A DNA stretch of 57,968 nucleotides from positions 1-57,968 of IMG/VR virus record IMGVR_UViG_3300034176_000029; one strand, given 5' to 3'. A program made the position numbers and the translations under genes. Below, in pieces: positions 17,586 to 26,923 of this stretch. The notes under the pieces are model-generated. The model did not search any database, was not told where the DNA came from, and was given only the letters and a program-made list of their open reading frames with translations. Every line of letters starts with the position of its first letter. The first letter of the stretch is position 1. Source of the stretch: a virus (lineage: Duplodnaviria; Caudoviricetes).

Positions 17586-17944
17586 TGACCCACTACGCCG
17601 ACGGCACCCGATTCGAACACAAGACCCGGGCGCACCTAGCCGATAACGGCTACGAGGTCATCCGGGCCGCCGGCTCCAAAGGCTCAACCAAGGCAGACCT
17701 CGTCGCACTCAAACCAGGGCAGCTGCTCCTCGTCCAATGCAAACGCAGCGGCACCCTGCCACCCGACGAATGGGATCGGCTCGTCGAGGTCGCAGGATGG
17801 GTCGGCGCGATCCCTGTACTGGCCGCTAACGGCCTAAAGGGCCGCGGCGTGGTCTACACCCGCCTTCTGGCCCCCAAGCGCCGTGGCGCCCGCACACAGC
17901 CGGCAGAGCCGTTCCTGCTCGACCTGATCGACGGTGCGCCGTGA
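17585..17944 (+). CDS. Holliday junction resolvase (Hjc-type PD-(D/E)XK)
   Basis: G..FE, GYEVIRAAGSKG, ADLVA, VQCK. Confidence 0.85.
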   Translation: MTHYADGTRFEHKTRAHLADNGYEVIRAAGSKGSTKADLVALKPGQLLLVQCKRSGTLPPDEWDRLVEVAGWVGAIPVLAANGLKGRGVVYTRLLAPKRRGARTQPAEPFLLDLIDGAP

Positions 17945-18117
17945 ACGAGCTCGAGCAGGAAATCGAAGACACCGCCCAAACCGCCACCTGCCCCACCTGC
18001 GGCGCTCAACCCGGCCACCCATGCCGCGACTGGTCCGCCCGGTTCAAATCCAAGACGTCGGCCCAGAACTACTCACACCAAAGCCGGCTCAACACGGCAC
18101 GGGGTGAAACGCCGTGA
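17941..18117 (+). CDS. Small phage Zn-finger DNA-binding protein (not in the ORF track)
   Basis: CPTCGAQPGHPC..H..R; GTGA overlaps on both sides. Confidence 0.7.
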   Translation: MNELEQEIEDTAQTATCPTCGAQPGHPCRDWSARFKSKTSAQNYSHQSRLNTARGETP

Positions 18118-18428
18118 CCACCCTCACCCGCACCGCCTGGGGCCTGGACCTGGCGAAGGATGATCAAATCTGGCGGCAGAACGCCAACTGCGGCCCGGCC
18201 GTCGCCGACTGGTTCTGGCTCGTCGGCGGATCCAACGGCCGCGGCAACCACACACCGCGACTCACCGGCGACAACAAGGCCGCGTTGGCCCTGTGCGATC
18301 ACTGCCCGGTCCTGGCGCAGTGCCTGGCCGACGAACTGGCCCACCCCACGCCGTATGCCCACATCGGCGCCGGACGGGTGTGGACGGCGCGCGACCTGAC
18401 GCTGGTGGCCAAGGACGGGCAGCGATGA
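18114..18428 (+). CDS. whiB: WhiB-family transcription factor
   Basis: C..ALALCDHCPVLAQC four-Cys pattern and a degenerate HIGAG turn. Confidence 0.8.
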   Translation: MTTLTRTAWGLDLAKDDQIWRQNANCGPAVADWFWLVGGSNGRGNHTPRLTGDNKAALALCDHCPVLAQCLADELAHPTPYAHIGAGRVWTARDLTLVAKDGQR

Positions 18429-19069
18429 AACCCAAGATCCTTGATCTCTACTGTGGTGCCGGTGGAGCTGCTATGGGATACCACCAAGCCGGCTTCGACG
18501 TGGTTGGTGTCGATCATGTGCCTCAGCCGCGGTACCCGTTCGAGTTCCACCAGGCCGACGCGATGACGTTTCCGCTGGACGGGTACGACGCCATCCACGC
18601 CTCGCCGCCGTGCCACGACCACTCGCCGTTGCGCTCTCGAGCTGGCGAGCACGGAACCGGCTGGATGCTCGACGCCACGTTGACGCGACTGGCGAATCAG
18701 CCAGCCGTCTGGGTTGTTGAGAACGTGAGCTCCGCGCACAACCGGGCCGACTTCCTGCTGTGCGGCGAGATGTTCGGCCTGCGCACCATCCGGCACCGCC
18801 GGTTCACCGTCGACCCTCGTTTCGGCGCGCTACTTGCCGTCCCTCCACACGAACGGCACCGCCGGCCGACGCGTACGAAGAAGCGGCGCGTCTGCCTCGA
18901 CGCTGGCATGAACATCTCGGTCACCGGCGATGTCGGCAACTACGTCGGACCGCTGTGCATGGGCATCGACTGGATGACCGGCGACGAGCTCAGCCAGGCC
19001 ATTCCGCCGGCATACACCCGCTTCATCGGTGAACAGTTGCTGGCCGCCGGCGAGAGGACCGCCGCATGA
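18425..19069 (+). CDS. C5 cytosine DNA methyltransferase (short phage type)
   Basis: LDLYCGAGG, ASPPC, VENV, R.R.F, AIPP. Confidence 0.88.
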   Translation: MKPKILDLYCGAGGAAMGYHQAGFDVVGVDHVPQPRYPFEFHQADAMTFPLDGYDAIHASPPCHDHSPLRSRAGEHGTGWMLDATLTRLANQPAVWVVENVSSAHNRADFLLCGEMFGLRTIRHRRFTVDPRFGALLAVPPHERHRRPTRTKKRRVCLDAGMNISVTGDVGNYVGPLCMGIDWMTGDELSQAIPPAYTRFIGEQLLAAGERTAA

Positions 19070-19443
19070 ATATCCCCGAATCCACGATCCAAGCCGCGGC
19101 GCGGGCGCTCTACGGCTTCGTCAAACCACTCGACGACGAAGGCCGATTCGACGACTACGACACCGACGACCCGGCCGTGCAGAGAACCTGCCGCGAAGGC
19201 GCCGCCGCAATCCTCGTCGCCGCCCTGGCCACCTGCACCGTCCGCGAACAGTGGCGGGCGAAGATCGCGCATGCGAGCGGAAGTGTCAGCGTCACCATGT
19301 GGTTCGGCCAGCAGGAACACGCCGCCGACGAAGCCACATGGCTGCAGTCGCGCTACCCCGACGCGCGGTACGCCTCCGTCGAGTCCCGGCTTGTGATCGA
19401 GACGGCCGCTATCCCCCAACCCGAGAGGACCACCGGTGAGTGA
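19066..19443 (+). CDS. Hypothetical protein
   Basis: ATGA overlap. Confidence 0.7.
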   Translation: MNIPESTIQAAARALYGFVKPLDDEGRFDDYDTDDPAVQRTCREGAAAILVAALATCTVREQWRAKIAHASGSVSVTMWFGQQEHAADEATWLQSRYPDARYASVESRLVIETAAIPQPERTTGE

Positions 19444-19693
19444 CCTACGAGAGCGGCTGGCGGCCGCTGCAACTCCGATCGCGACATGGACGGTTGAGGT
19501 CGGTCAGGCCGTCTCGGTCGATAAAGCCGTCACCGTCGTCGCCGCTTGGCTGCGCGACGAGGCGGCCGAACTTGACCGGCAGTGCGAAGAATCCGACGAC
19601 TGGGCGATCAGGCGTTATATCGCCACCGAGGCCATTCGGGTCCTCGAGCTCGCCGACGCCATCGACCCCCAACCCGAGAGGACCACACCATGA
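19436..19693 (+). CDS. Hypothetical protein flanked by 21-bp direct repeats
   Basis: GAGAGG RBS lies within the repeat. Confidence 0.7.
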   Translation: MSDLRERLAAAATPIATWTVEVGQAVSVDKAVTVVAAWLRDEAAELDRQCEESDDWAIRRYIATEAIRVLELADAIDPQPERTTP

Positions 19694-21075
19694 GCGACGA
19701 ACCGGCGTGGAAGGTCTGCGAGTACCACGGGCGCGTGTTCGTCTGGACGCTGTTCTCCGACGGGTGGGCTCGGGGACATCTCGACCGTCCACGTCTCAGC
19801 CTCGCCCAGGCCGAGGAGATCGACGGACCGCTGACAGCCATGGACTACATCGGCACCGCCGCCGCAATCCTCGCCGAGATCGCAAGGCTCCAGTCGCTGA
19901 CCACCATGCTCGGCGCCAACGTCAACGCCATGGAGGCCGAGATCGGAACGCTCACCGCCGAACGGGACCGGCTGCGGGAGTTGGCCGCGACATGCTCATG
20001 CGGCACTTCGCCGATGACGTACGAGGGGCCGGAGCCAGACTGCGCAGTCCACGGCGCGGTGCGGGCATTCAACGAGGCATCCGCCGAGCTAGCCGAGGCG
20101 TACCGAATGCGGAACGAGACCATGGCCGTGCTTCGGCGGATGTGCGCCGAGCGTGACGCCGCCCTCGCCGCAATGGAGCGCGCGGTGGAGGAGCGCGACC
20201 GGATGGAACGGGTCGCGGCTGAGAAGACGGCGGCCGAGTTCGAACGCAATCAGCTGCGGGACGAACGGGACCGGCTGCGGCTGTCGGAGGCGAAGTTGAC
20301 CGAGACGATCCGTGCGTTCCCCGACGCGAACAACGCGGCCAACATCGCGCACGCCCGGTCGCAGCGTGACGCCGCCCTCGCCAGCCTCGCCGAAGCTGAG
20401 GCTGGTCGGGCAGCGCAATACGCAGAAGTCCAGCGGCTCCGCGAGGATGTCATCCCGGCACTACGCGCCGAGCGGGTCGAGGAGCGGAAGCAGACAGCAC
20501 GGATGCCCAAGTCGCTTGTCGCTGAGTTGCAGCGCTGGGCATCGCTCGCGCCCGGGGATGACTGGGGCGAGACCATGGCCGACACCATGAAGGCCGACAT
20601 GGCTCGATGGATCCTTGGCCAGATCGACGGCCTTGACGCCGCAGCAGCGCCGGATGAGCAGACAGCACTGCGCGATGCGGTGGTGGACGGCTCAATTTTG
20701 TCGCCGAGCTACCTGAACCTGCTCGATCGACTGGAGAAGCACTTCACCGAACAGGGAGGCGTGACGCTGCCGCTCCAGCTAATCAAGATTCAGGAGGAAC
20801 TAGGCGAAGCCGCCGAAGCGTACGTGGGCATGACGGGATCCAACCCGCGTAAGGGTGTCACCCATACGGCTGCTGACGTCGCCATGGAGTTGGCGGATGT
20901 GGCGCTCACGGCCATGTTGGCGATTCGATACGCGGGGCACGACGTAGAGGCCGTGCTTACTGCGCAGGCGGTCAAGACCGAGCAACGGCTCGATGAATAT
21001 GACCAGCGACCCGCCATCGACGCCCTTGACGCTGGGGCGGCTGCGGGTGGGGAGGACAGCAATGCCACTGCATGA
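19690..21075 (+). CDS. Mosaic coiled-coil protein with a C-terminal MazG-like NTP pyrophosphohydrolase domain
   Basis: KIQEELGEAAEA..ELADV (ExxE..ExxD); repeated ERDRLR/RDAALA linkers. Confidence 0.8.
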   Translation: MSDEPAWKVCEYHGRVFVWTLFSDGWARGHLDRPRLSLAQAEEIDGPLTAMDYIGTAAAILAEIARLQSLTTMLGANVNAMEAEIGTLTAERDRLRELAATCSCGTSPMTYEGPEPDCAVHGAVRAFNEASAELAEAYRMRNETMAVLRRMCAERDAALAAMERAVEERDRMERVAAEKTAAEFERNQLRDERDRLRLSEAKLTETIRAFPDANNAANIAHARSQRDAALASLAEAEAGRAAQYAEVQRLREDVIPALRAERVEERKQTARMPKSLVAELQRWASLAPGDDWGETMADTMKADMARWILGQIDGLDAAAAPDEQTALRDAVVDGSILSPSYLNLLDRLEKHFTEQGGVTLPLQLIKIQEELGEAAEAYVGMTGSNPRKGVTHTAADVAMELADVALTAMLAIRYAGHDVEAVLTAQAVKTEQRLDEYDQRPAIDALDAGAAAGGEDSNATA

Positions 21076-21261
21076 GTTCGACCCGATGACCTATCCAACG
21101 ACGGCGGCTATCCCGCTGGGTTCAGTGCGCCGTGAAGCTCGGCCCGGGTGCCGTTCTCATGCTTACGCCGACCGCGGGTGGGCAGGGTGGGACGGCGTGA
21201 TACGAGGAAGTAACACCCCATGAGTGCTGGAACCCGGTGCAACCCCGTGGCAAGATCATAA

Positions 21262-21900
21262 GTGTGTGACCCAATTGGCAACCCCAAAAAGTGCGGCCAC
21301 TACGGCACCCGCCGCAAGGACGGAACCCCGTGCTGTGGATGGGTCGTTGCTGGCACGAAGCGTTGCATCCTCCACGCGGGCATACCGAGGTGGAAGGCTA
21401 AGGCTCGAGGGCAGGTGATTATGGAACTCCAACGCTGGGGCCTCGACGGCCACTCGACCATGCGCGACGCCGGCGAAGTGCTGCTCAAGCTGGTTACACA
21501 GGCCGCGTACCGGGTGGAGCTCTACAGCAACCTCCTCGCCGAGGCGTATGAGCTGGCCGAACGTGGCGAAGAGTTAGACCCTGTGATGCGTAAGGGCGGG
21601 GTTGGTGTCCTCATCGGCTACCGGTACGGAGTGGACCGGGAAGGCAACCGGTTCGCGATTGAGGAAGCCATCCGCGGCTTGGTCCGGCTTGAGGCTGAGG
21701 AACGGGACCGGTGCGCCAACTTCGCTACGAAGGCCATTGCGGCCGGCCTGGCGGAGCGTCAGGTCCGTTTGGCCGAGCAGCAGGGTGCAATGCTGTATAG
21801 CGTCATCTCGGCCGTCCTGGGCGATCTGAGGCTGTCTGCGGAGCAGGAGGCGTTGATCGGTGAAGTGGTGCCGCGGCGTCTGCGCGAGATTCTGGGCTAG
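21262..21900 (+). CDS. terS: Terminase small subunit
   Basis: C..G.PC..C..HAG N-terminal motif; directly upstream of terL. Confidence 0.75.
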   Translation: MCDPIGNPKKCGHYGTRRKDGTPCCGWVVAGTKRCILHAGIPRWKAKARGQVIMELQRWGLDGHSTMRDAGEVLLKLVTQAAYRVELYSNLLAEAYELAERGEELDPVMRKGGVGVLIGYRYGVDREGNRFAIEEAIRGLVRLEAEERDRCANFATKAIAAGLAERQVRLAEQQGAMLYSVISAVLGDLRLSAEQEALIGEVVPRRLREILG

Positions 21901-23390
21901 TGACCCTCACCGCCTGGGAAGTCGCCGCCCGCAGCTTCGAACGCCGCCGCTGGTTATACGACCCGGCCAGGTGGGCTGACGACTGCATCGACTTCGGCCC
22001 CGACGGCGGGTTGGCCGGGTATCAGCGGCAGACCATGGCCGACCTTGTCGAGAAACGCCGAGTCGCGGTGAGGGCACCGCACGGCACCGGCAAGACAACC
22101 ACCGTGGCGATTGTGGTGCTCTGGTTCGCCACCACGAGGAACGCAGCCGGCATCGAGTGGAAGGTCATGACTACCGCATCGGCGTGGCGGCAACTGACCC
22201 TCTACCTGTGGCCCGAGATTCACAAATGGGTCCGCCGGATCCGGTGGGATGTCCTTGGCCGGAGCCCGTTCGACCGTCGCGAGTTGCTTGACCTGCACTT
22301 GAAGCTCGACCAAGGCCTAGCCGCCGCGGCAGCGTCCGACAACTCGGCGTCGATTGAAGGCGCCCACGCCGACAGCCTCCTGTACGTGTTCGACGAGGCG
22401 AAGACCATCCCAGCCAACACGTTCGACGCCGCTGAAGGTGCGTTCTCCGGCGGCCGTAAGACAGGTTTGCCGGAGGCGTTTGCGCTGGCCATGTCCACAC
22501 CGGGGGCGCCGCAGGGCCGGTTCTACGACATTCACCGCCGCGGCCGCGGTTTGGAGGACTGGGTACCGCGGCACATCACCCTCGAGCAGGCGATTGATGC
22601 TGGTCGTATCACCCGGGAGTGGGCTGACCAGCGTGCGGAATTGTGGGGGCCGGAGTCGGCCATTTTCGCTAACCGTGTCCTGGGCGAGTTCCACGCCGGC
22701 GCGGAGGACGCATGTATCCCGTTGTCTTGGGCTGAGGCGGCGGTGGAACGGTGGCGTGCATGGGACGACGCAGGTCGGCCACCGCTGGACGAACCCCACG
22801 TGTTGGGTGTGGATGTGGCTCGGGGTGGTGGTGACCAGACCGTCCTTGCGCACAGGCAAGGCCCGTGCATTGTCGAGCTCGAGGTGCACCACGCTGAGGA
22901 CACGATGCGCACCACAGCCCGTGTCCAGGTCGGCCTAGCGAAGGGTTACGGGAAGGCAATTGTCGACTCGATCGGTGTGGGTGCTGGTGTGGTGGACCGG
23001 CTGCGGGAGTTGAAGGAACCTGTCACCCCGTACACGGGGTCGGCGAAGACGACGGCGAAGACCCGGTCGCGGGAGCATGGGTTCACGAATACGAGGTCGG
23101 CGGCGTGGTGGCGGGTGCGGGAGTTGTTGGATCCTGCGTTTGATCCGCAGGTGATGTTGCCGCCGGATGAGCAGTTGTTGGCGGATTTGACGGCGCCGAC
23201 GTGGGGGGAACTGACCGGTATCCCACCGAAGATCAAGTTGGAGGCGAAGGAGGAGTTGGTGGCCCGGCTGGGTCGGTCGCCGGATAAGGGGGATGCGGTG
23301 GTGATGGCGTTCTGGTCGCAGACTGCGTTGGGGTCAATGGCGGGTGCTCAGATTTTGAGCGACACGGACCTGCTTGGTTGGCGCAGGTGA
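21900..23390 (+). CDS. terL: Terminase large subunit
   Basis: APHGTGKT Walker A, YVFDE Walker B, STP coupling motif, LGVDVA and SPD.GD nuclease motifs. Confidence 0.95.
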   Translation: MTLTAWEVAARSFERRRWLYDPARWADDCIDFGPDGGLAGYQRQTMADLVEKRRVAVRAPHGTGKTTTVAIVVLWFATTRNAAGIEWKVMTTASAWRQLTLYLWPEIHKWVRRIRWDVLGRSPFDRRELLDLHLKLDQGLAAAAASDNSASIEGAHADSLLYVFDEAKTIPANTFDAAEGAFSGGRKTGLPEAFALAMSTPGAPQGRFYDIHRRGRGLEDWVPRHITLEQAIDAGRITREWADQRAELWGPESAIFANRVLGEFHAGAEDACIPLSWAEAAVERWRAWDDAGRPPLDEPHVLGVDVARGGGDQTVLAHRQGPCIVELEVHHAEDTMRTTARVQVGLAKGYGKAIVDSIGVGAGVVDRLRELKEPVTPYTGSAKTTAKTRSREHGFTNTRSAAWWRVRELLDPAFDPQVMLPPDEQLLADLTAPTWGELTGIPPKIKLEAKEELVARLGRSPDKGDAVVMAFWSQTALGSMAGAQILSDTDLLGWRR

Positions 23391-23532
23391 GGGTGTTTTG
23401 TCCTAGCTTTGAAGATCGTTCTTACCCGGAAACGCGGGGCTGAGACCCGAAACCACGGCCCGTGTTTGACACCGACCGGGACACGCCGTTGGGTTGAGGT
23501 TTCGTCCGACGGCGAAAGGTAGTGTGACACGC

Positions 23533-23718
23533 ATGTCAGACAGCACGGTGGTGGACAAGACACGGCACACCCCGGCGATCGCCGTGCGGGTGAAACGGAC
23601 CGGCATTGACGTGTTGAATGAGCGGGCCCGGGTTGAGGGTGTGAAGCGGTCGGAGCTTGTCAGGCGGATGTTGGCGTTCGCGTCGGCGCATATGCCTGTG
23701 GGTTGGCGGCCACTGTGA
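23533..23718 (+). CDS. Ribbon-helix-helix DNA-binding protein, probably leaderless
   Basis: IAVRV strand then two helices with RSELVR; -10 TAGTGT 7 nt upstream. Confidence 0.75.
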   Translation: MSDSTVVDKTRHTPAIAVRVKRTGIDVLNERARVEGVKRSELVRRMLAFASAHMPVGWRPL

Positions 23719-24074
23719 CTGGTGTCCCGCCTTCGCGTCGCGGTGTCATCACTGAGCCGATCAACGCGGGTAGTCCGTTCTCAGAGTTCCGGTTGCCGGA
23801 CGGATCGTTGGTCACCGACGGGCGTACGTTCATCGCCGAGTACCTGATTCAACGGTATGGGTGGATCGACGATCGGCGTCTGGATCCGCAGTCGAACAGT
23901 GCGCAGGCTTTTGCCCGTGATGTGTACCTGCGTTACCCGGCGATCACTTCGGACGAGCACAAGATGATTTCGGATCTGGTCAACATCGTCTTGGCAACCA
24001 ATGATGATCCGCACGACACAGATCTCCTGGGGACGGCGCTGGACCTGCTCGAGTACATCGAGGGGGTCTTGTGA
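23715..24074 (+). CDS. Hypothetical protein
   Basis: GTGA overlap. Confidence 0.65.
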   Translation: MTGVPPSRRGVITEPINAGSPFSEFRLPDGSLVTDGRTFIAEYLIQRYGWIDDRRLDPQSNSAQAFARDVYLRYPAITSDEHKMISDLVNIVLATNDDPHDTDLLGTALDLLEYIEGVL

Positions 24075-24388
24075 TTGCGGCGTGGCCTCCTGTTGGTGTG
24101 CCGGGTGGTGAACCACCCACCATCCCGATGTGCCCCACGGTCGGCTGGCGGTGTGTGGTGAACCTGCCCCTCGGCCGCGTGGATCTGGATCATTATCCGT
24201 CGCAGTGGACTGTGGGTTCGAGGGTGATGGACTATCCGGCACACCAGGCCATGTTGATGTTCGCGCCGACAGTCGGGTTGTTGCGGGCGGCGCAGCGGGC
24301 GGGTGTGCAGGGGTCGTTCCGGCGGAAGGTGCCGGGGTTGGTTGAAGTGTTGGAGCGGGCCGGGTTGAAGGTTGGGGAGGCGTCATGA
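24071..24388 (+). CDS. Hypothetical protein
   Basis: GTGA overlap. Confidence 0.6.
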   Translation: MIAAWPPVGVPGGEPPTIPMCPTVGWRCVVNLPLGRVDLDHYPSQWTVGSRVMDYPAHQAMLMFAPTVGLLRAAQRAGVQGSFRRKVPGLVEVLERAGLKVGEAS

Positions 24389-24567
24389 TGGATGAGTCTG
24401 AGCGTGATACGGCCAGGTATCACACACCGGGCAGGCCGGCGCTTTTCAGCGATCGCCCGGTGAAACAGTCGCCTCCGTTGACGTGGCCGCATGTCGGCCT
24501 GGTCGCCGTGATCGCACTCGCCATGGTGGCGGTTGCTTTCGCCTGCGCATGGGGGATCAAAGGATGA
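24385..24567 (+). CDS. Small membrane protein
   Basis: C-terminal TM helix. Confidence 0.65.
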   Translation: MMDESERDTARYHTPGRPALFSDRPVKQSPPLTWPHVGLVAVIALAMVAVAFACAWGIKG

Positions 24568-24854
24568 ACGAGGATACGGCGAAGACTGAGCTCAGTTGGG
24601 AGATCCGTGACGTTGGAAAGCCCCGCCTCATATGGATCTACGGTGGGCATTTGACGGAGTTGCTGCCGGTGGCGGTCAGGCTTGAGGTGGCGAGTTTGCC
24701 GCCGCGGCCGGAGTTGGATGTGCTGCTGGCTATGCTGCGGTTCCTCCTTGAGCGGGTGGAGGTTGTGATTGATCCGCCGCTGAGGTTGGCTGAGTTGAGA
24801 AACGCGTTGGCAGGGCAAGTCGTGACTGGGCTGACGCCAGGGTCGCAGCCATGA
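24564..24854 (+). CDS. Hypothetical protein
   Basis: ATGA overlap. Confidence 0.65.
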   Translation: MNEDTAKTELSWEIRDVGKPRLIWIYGGHLTELLPVAVRLEVASLPPRPELDVLLAMLRFLLERVEVVIDPPLRLAELRNALAGQVVTGLTPGSQP

Positions 24855-25306
24855 CCGTCCTTCTGGTGCTTGGTCTGATCTTTGCGACGTGGCGTGTGAC
24901 GCGTTTGTTGGTGGTGGATGAGTTCCCGCCGGTCAAGGCACTCAGGGAGTGGACGGTTCGTACGTTTGGTGTGGTGGATGGGGAAGGCAAGCTTGTTGGT
25001 GGGCGTGGTCCTGGCTGGGGTGCGAAGGCTGCTGAGGCGACGGTGGGAACGCATCTTGCTCGAGCGGCCGCGGCGTTGGTGCGGGGTGTGGCGCATGCGG
25101 TGGCGTATGTGTGGACGTGTCCGTGGTGTATGTCGGTGTGGGCCGGGGCAGCGTTGGTAGCTGCTGCGGATTGGCGGTTGTCGGTGCCTTACCCGTGGCT
25201 GATTGTGGCTGCGGGGTCGGCTCTGTCGGGGGCTATGTCGTGGGTTGAGGCCGAGCATGATCAGCGGTGGGAGTTGCGGCAGCGGGAAGTGGAGAGGGGA
25301 CGCTGA
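24851..25306 (+). CDS. DUF1360-like membrane protein
   Basis: ATWRVTRLLVVD..CPWCMSVW motif. Confidence 0.75.
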   Translation: MTVLLVLGLIFATWRVTRLLVVDEFPPVKALREWTVRTFGVVDGEGKLVGGRGPGWGAKAAEATVGTHLARAAAALVRGVAHAVAYVWTCPWCMSVWAGAALVAAADWRLSVPYPWLIVAAGSALSGAMSWVEAEHDQRWELRQREVERGR

Positions 25307-25605
25307 TGAGTGGCATCTTGTGGGCGTTGCTCGTGGTCGCGTTGATGTCCTCCATGTCGGCGTTGGTGCTCAGCACGGCAACAGCTAGCCAGGACGTCAA
25401 GCCTCTAATGGATGCGTTGAGACGACAGCGCCCGAAGCTGGCGGTTCGCGCTGGGGTTGTCATGACGCTGTGCGCTGCCGTGAACGTGGCGTTGTGGCTT
25501 TGGCTGGCTATCGAGGTCGGGGACTGGCGGTTTGCCGCCGTTTCATGGGTGCCGTTTCTAGGTGGGTTACTAGGGCGGCTCGTTCGGGGGAAAGCTGATG
25601 GCTGA
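25306..25605 (+). CDS. Three-TM membrane protein
   Basis: Three hydrophobic segments. Confidence 0.65.
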   Translation: MSGILWALLVVALMSSMSALVLSTATASQDVKPLMDALRRQRPKLAVRAGVVMTLCAAVNVALWLWLAIEVGDWRFAAVSWVPFLGGLLGRLVRGKADG

Positions 25606-25984
25606 CGTGGATCACATCCGTCGGGACACGCTGCGTCTCGTTGAGGCCCTTGTCCGGGCGAAGGTTGAGGCGCGCCGGGCGGAGCTCGCCTTCGCCAACG
25701 GGTGTGAAGCGTCGGCCGCGAGGGCGTTTGAGGACGGCAGGCTGGCCGTGGTCGAGGCGGACATGTGGCAGGCGGTCGGATTGGCGAAAGAGACCCGCCC
25801 GGGGGATCTGGTGTTTGGCGACCCGTGTTCTGTGTGCGGGAAGGATGGGTGGCCGGCGGGGTCAGCGGGCAATGCTCGACGGATTCATGAGTTGGATCAG
25901 CATGAGGGCGATCCGCGGATCGAACCGCGGTGGAGACAAGCGCCCGCGGACGAGGGCGGGTTACTTGGTGGTAGCACACAATGA
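25598..25984 (+). CDS. Hypothetical protein
   Basis: CxxC..H...H in the C-terminal half. Confidence 0.65.
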   Translation: MADVDHIRRDTLRLVEALVRAKVEARRAELAFANGCEASAARAFEDGRLAVVEADMWQAVGLAKETRPGDLVFGDPCSVCGKDGWPAGSAGNARRIHELDQHEGDPRIEPRWRQAPADEGGLLGGSTQ

Positions 25985-26157
25985 CCGAGCCGGAGTGCCG
26001 TTGCGGCGATACGGGATGCGAGTGCCACCGCACGGCACCGGATGTGCTGCTGGGTGTTGGAACACCGGAGGGCCGGTCGGAGTTCGTGGCCGCGTTCGCG
26101 GAGCTCGCCGATCTACTGGCGAGGGCTGACACGCCGGACCCCCAGCCCGAAGGCTGA
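25981..26157 (+). CDS. Small Cys-rich protein, 58 aa (not in the ORF track)
   Basis: ATGA overlap; CRC..CECH. Confidence 0.55.
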   Translation: MTEPECRCGDTGCECHRTAPDVLLGVGTPEGRSEFVAAFAELADLLARADTPDPQPEG

Positions 26158-26302
26158 GGGTCCGGTTGTCTCGGCGCAGGCTGGCACTGTCCCGTTGAAA
26201 CTCCAGGGGCCCAGGGGTATCGGTTCTGTAGGGTCCCAGCCTTTGGAGCGGAGGGTGTTCCGTGGCGCCCCTGGTGACTCCGTTGACGCCGTCGTGACGT
26301 AT

Positions 26303-26656
26303 CTACTCGTCGGCCCCGTACGCGGAATTCCGGGCTCGGCGCAGGACCCGAATCAACTGGTTGACTTGGTGCCGGTCGAACGTTCCCCACAGGCCGGTGA
26401 ACTGGGCTGGTTCGTCTTCGGTTTCGCCGTTGGCGCTCTCGGTGGGGCTGAGTTGCTTCACCTCGGGAACGAACCGGCCTGGGTCGGCGTCGGGCCATTC
26501 GGTGGCTGGCTTCTTTGACGGTCCGAGGCCGAGCATGCGGGCGATGGGGTGGCCTTCGTGGGTTGTGACGCCGACTTGGACGTACGTTTTTTCGCCGGAC
26601 CACGCAACGGCTACGTCGAACATGCTGGCGTTGTCGCGGATGACTTCTTTGGGCAT
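26303..26656 (-). CDS. Hypothetical protein, the only reverse-strand gene in the late arm
   Basis: RBS GAAGGAG; ends LIRVLRRARNSAYGADE. Confidence 0.75.
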   Translation of the reverse strand: MPKEVIRDNASMFDVAVAWSGEKTYVQVGVTTHEGHPIARMLGLGPSKKPATEWPDADPGRFVPEVKQLSPTESANGETEDEPAQFTGLWGTFDRHQVNQLIRVLRRARNSAYGADE

Positions 26657-26923
26657 CTCTGTTCTCCTTCACGGCGCCCCGTCGCGGGGCTGCTGTCAGG
26701 ATAGGCTGCGGTTGGTGTGGAAGCTGGGCAGGACCCGACCGACACAACAGCGGTGTCAGACACCGGCTAGCTGACTGGACACCTGACCTTCAACCGCCCG
26801 CAGGTTAGGTGTCGCACAGACCCCCGGAAGCGTCACGGCCCGTCCGGGGGTCTGCTGCGTAGGTAGATCCGTGCTCGCGGTCTACGATGAGTCCACCGTC
26901 TCGGCTGATCACGGGGGTGAGCA

